Below the pieces are notes generated by a model. That model was not told the DNA's origin, did no database searches, and saw only the letters and a list, made by a program, of their open reading frames with translations. This document shows positions 12,478-26,600 of a stretch of 64,000 nucleotides of DNA, one piece after another. Where the stretch lies: positions 153,388,001 to 153,452,000 of the forward strand of contig OX597815.1 of the NCBI GenBank assembly GCA_951406725.2. The letters run 5' to 3'. Source of the DNA: Octopus vulgaris. Lineage: Eukaryota. Position 1 is the first letter of the stretch. Each line of letters begins with the position of its first letter. A program made the translations under genes and the position numbers.

Positions 12478-12840
12478 CATCATCATTCATCATTGTTCGA
12501 GACAATGGAATTTACTATCTTACGCCAGACTTCATGGTCCATCATAGCATTACGGAGGTCCTGTTGCTGGATGCCTGTATCCCCGGAGATTACATCAGGG
12601 TAGGAGAGTGTGCGCCCTCTGGTATTGCGAGTAGATGGCTTCCAGAGGAGAAGAGTAGAAATTACTTCTTTTTCAGCTCTACAACAATGTCCAGCAAACT
12701 GGACTCTCCTACCTTTCACAAGAGATGACACAGGTGGTAGTTTCCCATATATTTGCATTTTGGTTGGATGGCGCTTCCACGAGAGATTTTGAGCTCTCAT
12801 AAGGAGGCGAGTGTAGGTTCCATCCAACCGCCTCTCAAGC
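12478..12840 (-). mobile_element. RTE-clade LINE 3' fragment with (ATG)n tail and 9-bp TSD
   Basis: ORF 12483-12827 reads LDGTYTRLLMRAQNLSW...RRVQFAGHCCR...AMMDHEVWRKIV. TSD TATAGGTAT (12469-12477) and TATAAGTAT (12841-12849). Confidence 0.85.
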
Positions 12841-13224
12841 TATAAGTATACAACTGGATTACACATGGTATGTTTATAAACATACAATACCATGTGTATC
12901 CCAGTAGCATCATAAGTAAGACTGAAATATTTGGTGGCCAGAAGGGCACCCAGCCATGAAATAATGTCTCAGAAAATCCATCTGGCTTGTATCCGCATTG
13001 AAATGTGAATATAAAATGAAGATGATGATAACATATAGATCAGGGCAACTCCTGCTACCTAAACCAGCATGTCATCTAGAAAATGAAAGTCATGTATAAT
13101 TTGAGGGAATCTGGTTTCTTTCCACTTGTTTCTCATAAAAAGGAAAGATTTAAATTTTGATTGTTATTTCCATTCATCTATACATCTTAAGCATGCATTG
13201 CATTCTTTGCAGAAAATGTGAAAG

Positions 13225-13530
13225 TGCATGGCTTAGTGGTATTCGGCTCGTGATTGTGAGATCACGAGTTCAATTCCCACTGCTGTATTATGCCCTTGAG
13301 CAAGACACTTTATTTCACGGTGATCCAGTCCACTCAGCTGGCAAAAATGAGTCATACCTGTATTTCAAGGGGGCAGCCTTGTCACACTTTGTTTCATGCT
13401 GAATCTCCCTGAGAGGTATGTGAAGGGGTATGCATGCCTGTGGAGTGCTTGACCACTTGCACATTAATCTCATGAGCAAGCTGTTCCATTAATCGGAACA
13501 ACTGGAACCCTTGTCATCATAACCAGTGGA
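13225..13530 (+). mobile_element. tRNA-derived SINE, third family (CORE/V-like CCCTTGAGCAAGACACTTT)
   Basis: A-box-like TGGCTTAGTGG and B-box GAGTTCAATTCCC. The 3' part recurs at ~32965-33130. Confidence 0.7.
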
Positions 13531-15224
13531 GTGCCAGTTATAGATATATATATTCCCTATATATCCCTGTTCACCATTCACTGCATTTCCTTTCTCCTTC
13601 TGCACTGTTGCAAACTCTGTGCTCATTTGCTCTGTCCAATCCCCAGTACCACTCAGCTTACATTCATCTCCCTGTACCTTGAGGCTATGCCCTGGCACAT
13701 CACTACCATCTCCTTCTAACTGGGGCAGCTATGTATCTCCTCTACAGTAAGATACCTGTTTCTGTCCCTCTAAGTTTTACCTTACATCATCTGGCACAAA
13801 GCCTCAATATCACTTCCCATCTCAGTTGAAGGATTTTTGTCCTGGAAGTTACTTGGTGACCTCACTGGTATTGGTGCCATGTGAAAAGCACACAACACAC
13901 TCTGTAAAGTGGCTGGTGTTAGGAATGATATCCAGCCATAGAAGCTATGCCTAAGTTAATAGTAGAGCCTGGTGCAGTCCTCTGGCTTGCCAGTTCCTGT
14001 CAAATCAAACAACCTATGTTAGCATGGAAAACAGACATTAAATGATGATGATGATAGTAATTCTAATCTTTGAGGAATTATTAATTGAGTTAAGTCATTC
14101 TGTAGAGAGATAAACACTATTGATATTTAGAACATAGTTTAGCATAAAATTTTGACTGATGGTTTTATTTTAGATCACTTTTAAATGGGATGTTGGCATG
14201 AGTAGTTTTGGGCAAGTTGATACAAAAAAAAAAAATAAAAAAAACACCAGCTATAGATTTCACCTAATAAAGAATTACTGCAATGATTAACATTTCCATG
14301 GATGGAAGAAACTACCACCAGAAAACTACTCTTTTTGATAGCACAAATGTTTCAGAAAATATTGCTGCCAGACAGCATTATCTATTTGGCTGCAAGTTTC
14401 AAGAAAAGACCATACAGTAATAGATTTGAACTGAGTGAAATGAGCTTTATCATGTCACATATCTCTGTTGATTCTGGAACTGAAGTACATCATAAAATAG
14501 ACTTGGAACCTTTCCAGAATAGCCAAACTGGTAAAAAGATAAGTGCAATAAAACTGATATTTATTTACAGTCAGTCCTAATCAGTTTTCATGAGTTGGTA
14601 AGTTGAAAGATGGCCAAGAGATATCAGTGGTTCTTTCCTAAAGCAAGAACTTTTTGTATTTTGGTTTAGTTAAATTCAAGAAAAGGAATATTCATTCTTT
14701 CCAATCATTTTCAGTTTAAATTTTAAAAAAATAAAATAAAATTTCTAATGTCGACACATTTTTGTGTAGAAGGCATAGTTGTTGATATTGACTCTTGTAC
14801 TTGACTAGTACTTCATTTTTATCAGCTCCACAGGGATGAGATGTAAAGCTGTACCCTTGTCTTGCCATCATCTGATGGTAGTAAATGAACACCACCATCA
14901 TCATGCAAGTAGTGTTTCTCATTTCTAGTTTTCCATGAAAAACATTTCTGACCATTGAAAAATCAACAAATTCTGCTCAACTCATATAGCATGAAGCAAA
15001 TGGATGTTAAATGAATTCATAGTTCATAATGGTGTGCATTATATCCAAGGGATGGAGTGCAGTGTTAGTAACAAATAATAAAACTTTATTTTTAACAATA
15101 CATTATCCAACCAACAGCAAACCTGAAACAAAAAGAATCAAATCAAGCTGAACCTATTCATAAAGCTATGCACCTGTATATGAACTAAGATTTTAATTTT
15201 TACCAAGTCCTATATTTGTGTAAA

Positions 15225-15990
15225 TAATGAGAACAGAAAAATTCAAAAATGGGAAAGGAGTTCAACAGGACTGTATTCTTTCTCCATGCTTGTTCAACAT
15301 CTACACAGTGGATATAAGATAATACAGGAAGAAGATGGCATCAAAATAATAGGCTTGCATATTTCTAATCTAAGCTAGAGAGACAATACTGTTCTACTTG
15401 CCATGACCGAAGAAAACAGTATCAAATACACAGGGTCTTTATAAGGAAACAAGTCATGGTGAGAACAAGAGACAGTAAATGTTAACATCAAACTGGGCAG
15501 TGAGAGGCTTGAACAGGTTGAATTGTATAAGTTATAAGTATTTTGGTGCTCAAATCTCCAATGAAGCTGCATTTAAGAAAAACTTAGGATAGGCCTAGTC
15601 ATGACAAGGATGTTTATGGAAGAGCTTAATAACATCTGGAACTGCAAAAGTGTCCCAATTAAGTTAAAAACAAGGCTAGTGTGAGTGCTTATTTGACCAA
15701 TAGGCATTTATGGTTGTGAAGCATAAACTCTGAACAAATTTATAGGGAATATAATCAATGCATTTGAAAAGTCTATAGGAGATTGTTACGAGCCACTTAC
15801 AAGGACCCTTGGAATAATGAATGAATGTTACAAGTAGGTGAAAGACAACTGCTGAACATTGTGAAAAAACAAAAGCTCATCTATTGTGGCCATAGTCAAT
15901 GAAGCATAGGTCAAGAAAACATTATCATGGAAGATGGTAGTAGATCAAGAGGCAGGCAAAGAATGCAGTAGATGGACAATGTCATGAGCA
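15225..15990 (+). mobile_element. Highly degenerate RTE-type LINE RT fragment
   Basis: GKGVQQDCILSPCLFNIYT (GVRQGCxLSPxLFN motif) near 15250, with later YGCEA-like and GRQRMQ*MD-like pieces and many stops. Confidence 0.65.
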
Positions 15991-16039
15991 GCAAGGCAGC
16001 TGGAGAACTCGTGCTTAATTGGAAAGACTTTCGTTAGGA

Positions 16040-16322
16040 CGTCACCAGTGCCGCTGGACTGGCTCCTGTGCAGGTGGCACGTAAAAAGCACCATTTGGAC
16101 GTGGCCGTTGCCAGTACCACCAAACTGGCCCTCGTGCCGGTGGCATGTAAAAGCACCCACTATACTCTCAGAGTGGTTGGTGTTAGGAAGGGCATCCAGC
16201 TGTAGAAACTCTGCCAGATCAGATTGGAGTCTGGTGCAGCCATCTGGTTTGCCAGCCCTCAGCCAAACCGTCTAACCCATGCTAGCATGGAAAGCGGATG
16301 TTAAATGATGATGATGATGATC
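16040..16322 (+). mobile_element. RTE-family 3' UTR fragment (family C) with two 65-nt modules and (ATG)n tail
   Basis: Contains GGCACGTAAAAAGCACC modules, GGTGTTAGGAAGGGCATCCAGCTGTAGAAAC, CCATGCTAGCATGG and a (GAT)n tail. Confidence 0.85.
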
Positions 16323-17202
16323 AATGTGTTGCAGGTGTATGGTACACGATGATGATGAAGTAAATAAAGATATAACAAGAACTTTTGGACACAAAAGAGA
16401 ATGTTACAAAAGCTAAACTAGAAACTAAATTGGAAACAAGTAAATAAATAAAACAGTAAAAAGACATTTATTTTATTTATTTTAGAAACCAAGTCAATGA
16501 AGCAAAAAAAACAAAACAATTTAATTAAACAAAATATTTGAGACTGAAATGAGCAAGTGTTCCAGACTGAATGATCTTTGCTAGAATAGAGTTTAGTGTC
16601 ACTATTTCAATTTGAAATCTTTAATTTTATGTTTTTGATGAGTTCCATGATAGGATATTTGCAGTGGCAAAAAAAAAAAAGTGTGGAGTGTCATTAAAAG
16701 TATAAAAAAGACATCCTCTTTGTATGTTTTGAATTTAAATACATTGGAAGAAGTTTATCAAGAAGAGACTCAAGTTATGTTATATGCATAACTGATTTCT
16801 TCATATTTTCTACCTGTCCAGATTTCATTATTGAAATCAAAAATAAAAACAAAAAGATATTGTTTACCTAAATTTTCAATGGTCAATGACTTAACAAGGA
16901 GGAGTGGTTGGGGAGAAACAAAAGTATGTTAAATGATGATGATGATGATCAATGTGTTGCAGGTGTATGGTACACGATGATGATGAAGTAAATAAAGATA
17001 TAACAAGAACTTTTGGACACAAAAGAGAATGTTACAAAAGCTAAACTAGAAACTAAATTGGAAACAAGTAAATAAATAAAACAGTAAAAAGACATTTATT
17101 TTATTTATTTTAGAAACCATAAAATATATAAAAAAAAACAAAACAATTTAATTAAACAAAATATTTGAGACTGAAATGAGCAAGTGTTCCAGACTGAATG
17201 AT
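16298..17202 (+). repeat. Near-identical ~278-bp direct duplication (16298-16575 and 16926-17202)
   Basis: Identical by eye except for one ~12-nt block (agtcaatgaagc vs taaaatatataa). Confidence 0.9.
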
Positions 17203-18010
17203 ACTTATATATACATGTATGTATATATATATATATAAATATACTTATATATACATGTATGTATATATATATATATAAATATACTTATATATACATGTAT
17301 GTATATATATATATATAAATATACTTATATATACATGTATGTATATATATATATAAATATACTTATATATACATGTATGTATATATATATATATATATAT
17401 ATACATATACTTATATATACATGTATGTATATATATATATATATATATACATATACTTATATATACATGTATGTATATATATATATATAAATATACTTAT
17501 ATATACATGTATGTATATATATATATATATATATACATATACTTATATATACATGTATGTATATATATATATATATATGCTGTGTGGTAAGTAGCTTCTT
17601 TACCAACCACATGGTTCCGGGTTCAGTCCCACTGCGTGGCACCTTGGGGAAACAAAAGTATGAATTTTTAAAAAGTTTTATCAGAAATTACATAAACTTT
17701 TCAAACATTTGTAAACACTTCATCACAATTGTCAGATTCTTAGTTCAACAATTGGTTTTCAACAGGATTTTAAAAACATTTTTAGAAATGTCATGTGTAC
17801 ATACACACATAATATTATGAAGTTGGAACAAACAGGACAAATACAACTCAATACAATAGTATGTGCCTTGATATATATATATATATAAATACATGTATGT
17901 ATATATATACTTATATATACATGTATGTATATATATAAATATACTTATATATACATGTATGTATATATATATATATATATATATATAAATATACTTATAT
18001 ATGTATGTAT
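17201..18010. repeat. TA-rich minisatellite, unit ATACTTATATATACATGTATGT(AT)n, in two blocks (17201-17578 and ~17870-18010)
   Basis: About ten units visible in the first block; source of the YIYIY ORFs. Confidence 0.92.
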
Positions 18011-18081
18011 GTATATAAGAATTTTTTGCGTAATAGGATAAAAAACCAAGGCTTTATAGATATTAGAGCATTTATAGATAG

Positions 18082-18121
<40 letters not shown>

Positions 18122-18974
18122 GTGTGTGTGTATATAACACACACACAAACACACTTTTATTAGTTCCAATTGGCAAAAAGCTACCCATTTCATGCATGGT
18201 ACTTAAACTATTTGATAAGTGCTCAAACTCTTGGTCTTGAGTTACATGTAACTGTCTGTCAATTGGAAACAATATATGCACATATACATACATGTGTACA
18301 TACATGTGTACATTGTTATGTTGAAATCAAAGTTTATACAGATTTCTTTGTATATTGTAAAAGTAAAACAGTACAAATGTGGTTATACGTTCTTTCTTAG
18401 CTTACTTCAGAGAAGGAAGGGCAAAGTCCATGGTCATTTACAGGGTCTCCAGATTGTAGAGAAAAAGGAAGAAACTACAACCCATGGGTTGCTGCAGTAG
18501 AAAGCATTGCATCAAGACAATGAGTTATGCTATAATCTGATAGAAATGTTTGCCAAAGAATGGAATTTGCAAGAGACAACTATCAGAAGGTGGTGTTAAA
18601 CTGCTTAATGGACCAAAAGTCTGGATGTTTGTGATTAGATGTGTGTGAGGGTATGAGAATTTGACTGTTTCATTCATACTGCTTCGTTATGGATATTCAG
18701 GACCAGGCTACCATGATTTGGTGTCACTGTGGTAATAACTATACTAAGTGTAGTTCAATGCCATTGTCCCTGCACCATTAAAAATACTTTAACCTTAAAA
18801 CACACACATCTAATCATTGATGTGTGCCTTTCATACATGCATATGCTCACACTTTGGGTATTTGTGAATAAACTTTAGCAAGCCATAAATGGAAGATGAC
18901 CAAAAATAATGTTAGGTAGCAGGAACCAAATTTTAACATTTTTCATATCTCCTTCAGATGTATTGACAGTCCCA

Positions 18975-19550
18975 ACATTGCAGGCTTAAATCTGACAAAG
19001 GAAACGAAAAGGTATGCTATGCTTGTGGTTCTTTCTACCAAACACATTACTTGGAGATAATTGTCTTCTTGAATGTGGCTTGGCTCGACAGAGTCATTCA
19101 GATTTAGGAAAGAAACGCAAACCTTTGGAGAGATGTGTCATTCGTGACCAAGAGACAGAAACATTCTCACAGGTCAGATGTCATAAAGACAGCTAAATTT
19201 GTCCAACAAGTCTAGAACATCGTCAACAAAATCTCCAGCAGTTTGACAAAGGTCACTGCCAAGCAGCTCAAGGTGACAAAGTTTAGTATCATATGCCAGG
19301 TGCACAAAAACATCAGGTACCATCCTAATATAAAGAAAGGGTGGCAAATGTTTGACCAGACCGATGAGAACTGTGTGAGCATATAATCCCCCTAGCATTA
19401 TGTGATATTGTAGCTGTCATGATATAAGCCCCTGTAAGCTAGATATATATTGGAAAATAGGGTGCTGATATCATGGTGGTGCCAGTGATACTGGCATGCA
19501 GTCATTTCTATGGCCACAATTGAGCCATCATTGGGGCTTTGTTAAATGGT
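18975..19550 (+). pseudogene. Internally deleted, degenerate Tc1/mariner-superfamily transposase (probably maT/DD37D-like)
   Basis: Pieces translate to AGLNLTKETKRYAMLV, LEIIVFLNVA, KRQKHSHRSDVIKTAKFVQQV*NIVNK...AKQLKVTKFSIICQVHKNIRY and a C-terminal LACSHF segment. The catalytic region is missing, so the subfamily is tentative. Confidence 0.6.
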
Positions 19551-19609
19551 CTGTTTCCATATATACATATAATATAGAGAAAAAGCATACATTCGTGTAT
19601 ATGTGTATG

Positions 19610-19643
<34 letters not shown>

Positions 19644-19645
<2 letters not shown>

Positions 19646-19765
19646 AAGGGTGTATGAAAAGTTTTGAGCTTTCAAGGCCTTTGAGCCTTGAAGGCCTGTA
19701 CCTTCATCCGGTCTTGTACCATGTTTTTTTTTTTTTTAGGTTCATGACTTTTCCTACACCCCTCG
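19644..19765. mobile_element. Tiny mariner-type MITE (~122 bp)
   Basis: Left end CAAAGGGTGTATGAAAAGT; right end ACTTTTCCTACACCCCTCG|TA, whose reverse complement is CGAGGGGTGTAGGAAAAGT. Confidence 0.55.
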
Positions 19766-22700
19766 TACACATATATGCACACACACACACGTAAGTACAT
19801 ACATATATAAATATACATACATGCATACACACATACAAATATACATACACTTATATATATATATATATGGGAACAGCTGGCTGAATTGTATTTTTTTCAT
19901 TATCAATTTACTCTTAAAATCATGTTATAGCATTTTCTCACACTTTAGTAACTGGGTGAGAGACTGAAAGAGGCCATGGAATAGTGATATTTTATATACA
20001 ACCCCACCATCACATACATAGAATTTATTAATTACTAAATATGTAAGTAAATATATCATCTGACTACTACAGCCACAAATGGTCGTGGATGCCATAATGA
20101 CTTTTTTTATATAAAAACTGCTGCTTAAAACAAGTATGTGTGTGCACATATGCATGCACACGTATCTGCCGTGTGTGTGTGTGTGTGTGTGTGCGTATAA
20201 ATGGTTTTGTTTTTAGAGAACCATAACAGCAGTAATAAACTTGACTTCAATATTTAACATAAACTCTGTTCAAATGTCTTTAAAGATTCTTTTTGTTACA
20301 TTTTTATATCACTTGGAAAAAATGCAAAGAAATTTTAAAAGAAAAAAAAACAATAAAATTTATAAAAACTGATCAGTTGTGAACTGATCTACAACAGTAC
20401 ACAGCAAAGAATGAACAAAAGAAGCTTGTTGACATGTAGCAATAACAATAAATAAATATGACACTGAAACAATAGTTAAATAGGAAGGCACCACCTTACT
20501 GCCAAAAAATGAAGTGCTGGATGGAAGAAGAGTAAAAAAAACATCAAAATTGTAAACAACAAATTATGTAGATGCAACAAAAACAAAGTTTGTGAGAATG
20601 TTTTTTGAGAACTGCACATCACAGAAAAAGGAGAAAAATTTCAGCAACAAGATTTGCATTACTTAAACTCATCTGAGTGGAATAAATGCATCAAGATTCT
20701 TAGGCAGCTCACTTTATGCACTGGTGTATGCATGAAGTGAACTCTTCTCGTATAAATGCATCTTCAATTTGAGATTCTTAGTTTAACCCTATAATATCTA
20801 ATGTTGATAAATTCTTTGATGCTTCAACAACTAAGCTCATGAAAAGTAAAAAGAAAAAAAGAACAAAGATTTATGTTCTGTAAATATTCATTTCCTTCAA
20901 ATAAAATTATTACATGTAAGCAATTAAAATATGTGGTAGTTATTGTCTTGTTTGTCACTTGCCAATTGTTTTTTTTTTTTACTTTTTGATAATTTAGGTA
21001 TTATGAAGTTAAAAGAGGAAAGTTATACTGACTGATCAATATTTTCTTTGTATCTCAACCACTGCATTCAAATTCCCATACTCATGGAAAATAGATATTA
21101 AAGAACAAATGTTCTTTAAAATAACCTCATTCCTACTCCAGCAGCTTTAACCATCAAGGAAGAGCATGGGGACATTTCAGACTAAATATGAACTGAGGTT
21201 AAATATATTTCCAACCCTCTTCAATTTTTTAATCTCTAAGACAGGACAAGCCAAAACTAAAAGGAATTTTACGTGCAGAATAATATTAGGCATAACATGT
21301 ACCAATTTAAGTTGGAAATCTCTGTCTCAGGCTGGTGTTATAATGCCTAATATTTTATATTGGAAGCCTTAGCAGTTAACTAGTTCATAATTTGATTCTT
21401 CTATGTTATGTCTTACTGCTTACATAAAATTCCTGGCCATTAATATATATGTAAATGCAGCATAACCTATCATGTTTATATGCTAAGTGACTGACTAGTA
21501 CTTGTAGAGATGTTTAGTTGCTGCTTAGAGCAATGGTCAGGCAAAGAATCTAATTTTCACATCTCCCTTTCTCTCAATACATATAATCATAGACACGTTA
21601 CATTGAAGACACAATTGTGTTTGAGTTTAGCCTTCTTTTATCAAATTATTTTCATAGTGTTCTAGGCTCTCTAGAATACTAAACAAACAGTTTGAGTTTC
21701 TTCACCTCAGCATTAGAAAGAAATATTAGTGGCACACTGATGATGCATTTGGCAGCAAGTATCACTGGAAAACTCTGAAAACTTCACATTTGAAGTCAAG
21801 AGTTAACTCTTGAAATAAGATCAATGTTCTTTAACAAAGTACTTGTTGCAGATTCAGTTTCCTTTGAAAAAATGTGCCTATGGTGGTGAAATGCTTAGGG
21901 TGTAGGTCAGTCATAAGCCCTAGGATATATAAAGCCAGAGCTTAACCCAATTTCTATGGTGTACAAGTAACTGAAATTGCAATACTTTCTCCAGAATGGG
22001 ATGTTGATCCATCATAGGGTTAATTTCCCAGTTATTAATGGAACTCATTTACAGCTGATTGGAGCAACATGAAATGAAGTGTTTTGCTCAAGAACACGAT
22101 GCATTGTCCAGTTCAGGAATCAAAACCATGATCTTATGATTCTAAGTTTAATACTTCACAGTGACCATTAAGTGGTGAAACATTTAATGCTAAAATTAAC
22201 TGAGCAATTTTCCAGGCACCATTCTCTATGAATTCAAGGATGCTACAATCATGGAGGTATTTATCTCTTATTAATTGCTGGCAAGAATACACCTAAACCA
22301 CTTCATTCCCCCATCTTACAAGTAACAATCTCCTGCCAGTAAACCAATGTGTTTTTTTACTATGACTGGGGCACAACTGATAAGATCTTTGTAGCAAGAC
22401 AGATCCAGAACTGTATAGATCAAAATCAGATTGCTTAGTTTGTTAGTTTCATTGGAAAATTTTTATGAGTGACAGTAAATATTGATAAAATTGTTTATAA
22501 TAACTGTCTTATATTCAAACAAATTTCTTTATGGCATCAGACAAACAAAAAGCTGCTTAATTTCATTAAGTTCAAGGGAACTAGTATTTTCAGTCCCCCA
22601 ATTGAATATTTATTCACTTTCAGTTTCAAAGGATGAAGAAACTTCCTAAATATGTATGTTAATTTGTTGAAGAAATAACAGTAAATAATAAAAGTTAGTG

Positions 22701-23374
22701 ACAACATACACTATATATATGATATAGTCACACACACATACACACATAAATTTAACATGTAAGGGAGAATTACTTGGAATGATCGTGAAAGCTAAGACAA
22801 TAATAATAATAATAATAATTTGGGCACAAGGTCAGAAATTTTAAGAGCAAGGGGAAGCAGATTTCATCAACTCCAGTGCTCAACTTGTACTTAATCCCAA
22901 AAGGATGAAAGGGGAAAAAAATCAACCACAGTAGTATTTGAACACAGCATGTAAAGTATCAGAAGAAACACCATCAAACATTCTCTCTGACATGCTAACA
23001 ATTCTGCCAGCTTGCTTAGTGATAATAGTAGTACAACTATGTATAACAAATGATTTATTGAACAAGTTAATATACAAGTTGTAAAAAGTTCAGTTCCAGC
23101 TGTGCTCCCAAAGAATAAATTAATGCTGAAGCTTACAAGTAACAGCTGGTTTCCTTCTTTGAAACAACTACAAACATCAAGGTGGTTGTTTTAAACATTT
23201 AATTTGCATGCAAGAAATTACTACTTCATTGAAGGAAGAAATACTGTATTAGAAGTGAAGAAGGAATAAAACATCACCACAGGTGTAATACATGTGTTAC
23301 ATTAACAGATAAAGAGAATTTCTACACAGTTGCTCAAGCCACATCTTTCTCAAATTACATCCTCTCATCTTAAT

Positions 23375-23600
23375 AATAATCCTTTCTACTATAGGCACAA
23401 AACCTAAAAAAATTTTTTTTTTGGGGGGGGGACTGTCAATTACATCAATCCCAGTGCGTAACTGGTACTTAATTTATCAACCCCAAAAGGATGAAAAGCA
23501 AAGTCGACACTGGCAGAATTTGAACTCATAATGTGAAGAAAGACAAAATACCATTAAGCATTTCATCCTGCATGCTAACAATTCTGCCAGCTTGCTACCT
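23375..23600 (-). mobile_element. SINE family B, CpG-decayed copy
   Basis: Reads CCCCAAAAGGATGAAAAGCAAAGTCGAC...CATGCTAACAATTCTGCCAGCTTGC; CG has become TG/CA relative to the 6628 copy. Confidence 0.8.
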
Positions 23601-26600
23601 TAATAATAATAATAATAATAATAATAAAAGGCTATGTAGTTTGAGTGACAACATGTTGGGATGGTTATGACTGGAGTTTCTTTGATTATAGGTCTGCTCA
23701 GTGGGTACTGAACAACAACAACAACAGAATAAACTTCGGGACTTAAAGTAGAACAAAATGTCTCTCTAAATGTAGGACATTTGGTGAGAATATGAGAAAT
23801 GTGATTATAAATCAAAACTAATCACCAAATGTATTCAAAAAGTTAGCATTAGGCAATGTGTAAAAGATCATGCAGTGCTTAATGCATAAATGTGCATGCA
23901 TTGAAAGTATGTATCTGCATAAAAGCAATCATTAACAGAATGCCTTTATCAACCTGTATTACATGTAAAATATGTAGCTTTTATCAAGTTAAAAGAAATT
24001 TATTGATTGTCTGCATGTGTATGTGTTTATTTTTTTACTTCCTTCACATATCTCTTCAGATGGATCTTAAATATCTGTGAGAATCAATAGTTCTATGATA
24101 TAATATCAATACCAATAATGAGGCAGGTGGTTGATGTAAGGTCTATTAACCAAATACCAACTGGCATAGTTCTTCCCCCCCCCCCTTCCCTGCTTATCCT
24201 ATAATCTTGAAATCAAAAACCCAAATAAACTATAAGTATTGAAAATAGATAGAACTATTGCCATTAAAACTGAACCAACACCAACTGTTGCAGCTATTTA
24301 TGGTCAAGAATCTTCAGTTATTTATACTTCTTCAAAATGATTCTGCTTTAGTCGGAAGTGGGAAAAGAAGAAAAGGAAGGAAGGAGAGGAAATGGTAGTA
24401 CAAGGAAAAGCTTACTTTAATTTACACCTCTATTCCTTAGCTTACAAAGGTACGTTAGTGTTGCACCAATCATCCTCACCATTATCTCTCTCTCTCTCAC
24501 ACACACACACGAGCCTCAGTTCATATTTAAAATAACCACTCAGCAGCCATGCCAGCAAACTTAAAATTTCTATTAAGAGACAAATTAGGATGCCACTTGA
24601 TTAGCTCTAGTAACAATTTGCAAACATCACATACTCTCTTTATCAGACATCTTCAGTAATAAATACAGAGAAACCCAGCAGATGTACAGTTAGCATTGAT
24701 GAACACACAAACTACAAGTGAAACAAGAAATAAAACAGAGGGAAAAGAAATCCTATGCAGTGAATAAGAAAGAAGACTGCACTGTCAAAGACATGTGATG
24801 TGTATGAAGGATGACTGCAGGGTGAAGAAATATTACACAATCTGAATGGAGAAAACCTGTGGAAGAAGACAACAGAACAAATGAAAGCTGGTCTCAGTTA
24901 GCTGGGCTTCACAAAGGAGATGACAAGAGACTGCAATAAGTAGTGGGATGCTGCACTGTAAAGACCCATAAATAGATGAAAAAAAAAATATGGTCATAAA
25001 ATGGGGGAAAGCACTGCAAAAATCCTGAATTATTCTGTTGCTGGTAGAAAAGCATTTTCCAGCAATCAGCTCTGTTTCTCATCCAGTTCTAGCAATTATG
25101 GAAAGTCTACTGACAACAAAATTGAGAAAGAAACCAGCTTGAGGTCAGCAAAACACACTCTGGATTAATATTTTGTTGCCAGTAGGATGGAGTAGAATTT
25201 GTCAAAACAGAGATGTAGCATGGAAAAAGTTCGAGAAAATTGAACCTGTGTTTGAAACTTTCAAGTACAAGCTACAGAACCTTCTGGCAACTATTGTTAA
25301 CTTTGGTATATCAAATACAGAGTGGGTTCCACCACTGTTCAAGATTATCCATGAATGTTATATGACACAGGAGGAGGAAGACAAGTAGTCAGTATAAGAG
25401 TCATTGAAGACACACGATAACTATGAATCAGTGCTGAATCTTAGTGGAAAGGAGAAACTTTTTAGATGGGGTGTTGTCAATAACTGTTTGGAATTCATAA
25501 CTTTTTATCTTTTACTCTTAAGCTTCATTCATTGGGTTTTTGTTTAAGGTCTCTGTTTAAATGATTAGATTGACTCCAGTATCATGTGGATTTTACTAAA
25601 TGATACAAGTCTTGCCAATGCAGACCAACACCAGTCTCTTAGGAGTCTGACCAAAGCAAACTAAATGGAAGAAACTTGAGAAAGATGAAGAGGTGATGAA
25701 AGCTGAACCTGATGAAGGAGATGACCAGGGTCCACAACAAGTGGCAAGACATTGAAGAAAGCCCTTTCAACCCATGCCAGCATGGGAAAAGTGGACAAAA
25801 CAATGATAATAACAATTGTTAACAAACAAACTTAGAGCAGATCTGTATTAAAGCAAGTGAAAGACATGTCCCACACCTTCTATTTAGCTTCATTCAGAAA
25901 TCCAATACTGTTTGGAGGTACACTTTTGATTTGTAATCATATTTATATATTCATCAATCCAATTTGGTTTAGGGCTTTATTCCAGTTTTGATGTATTATC
26001 TTAAAATAAAATTTAATGTGTATGTATAAAAGAAAGAAAGCAAATGTATATAAATAGCATGACTAAAAAGCTACCAGTTTATGTTATAAAATAGAAAACT
26101 CATCACTGTAAATGGTTGATGAAATATTTCAATGTGTTTTTCTTTTCTTTTTTATTGTACTTGGTGGATTAAATTATATTTATGAGCTGCAACTAAAAAT
26201 TAACTGTGATTTAGTTTTGTGTTAGTTATCTAAAATATATAATTTCTTCTGAAAATATATTAACTTTCTAATATGAAAAAGAATTAGACAAAAATATAGA
26301 AGGATCCAAAAGCATATTGCAGCTGGATTCATTTGTGGAAGACTGACTACTAGAAAAATTTTGAAACTTATTTAGGAAAAAAAAAAAAAATCTTTATGGA
26401 AAGATAAAAATCCTCAATGAAAATATCTAATTCAATTCTGAGATTCCATAATCAAGAATTTTTGTCAACAGTCCATATAATGTAATCATTATTTCAACCT
26501 TTGTCTAAAATAGTGAAATATAAAAGTAGGCTTCTAGATTTAGACAGATAATACATTGGATTCAGCACAAGAAATCAGGGTAGTTTAGTGTGGGTGGGGG

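Noticed and set aside
14302-14580. 92-aa plus-strand ORF in unique sequence
   Set aside because: No recognisable motif and no convincing splice sites; its length is compatible with chance.
18958-19011. Apparent 54-nt plus-strand exon (ccttcag|ATGTATT...AAAAG|gtatgc)
   Set aside because: Its open frame continues past the donor as the N-terminus of the degenerate transposase, so the splice-like signals are probably coincidental.
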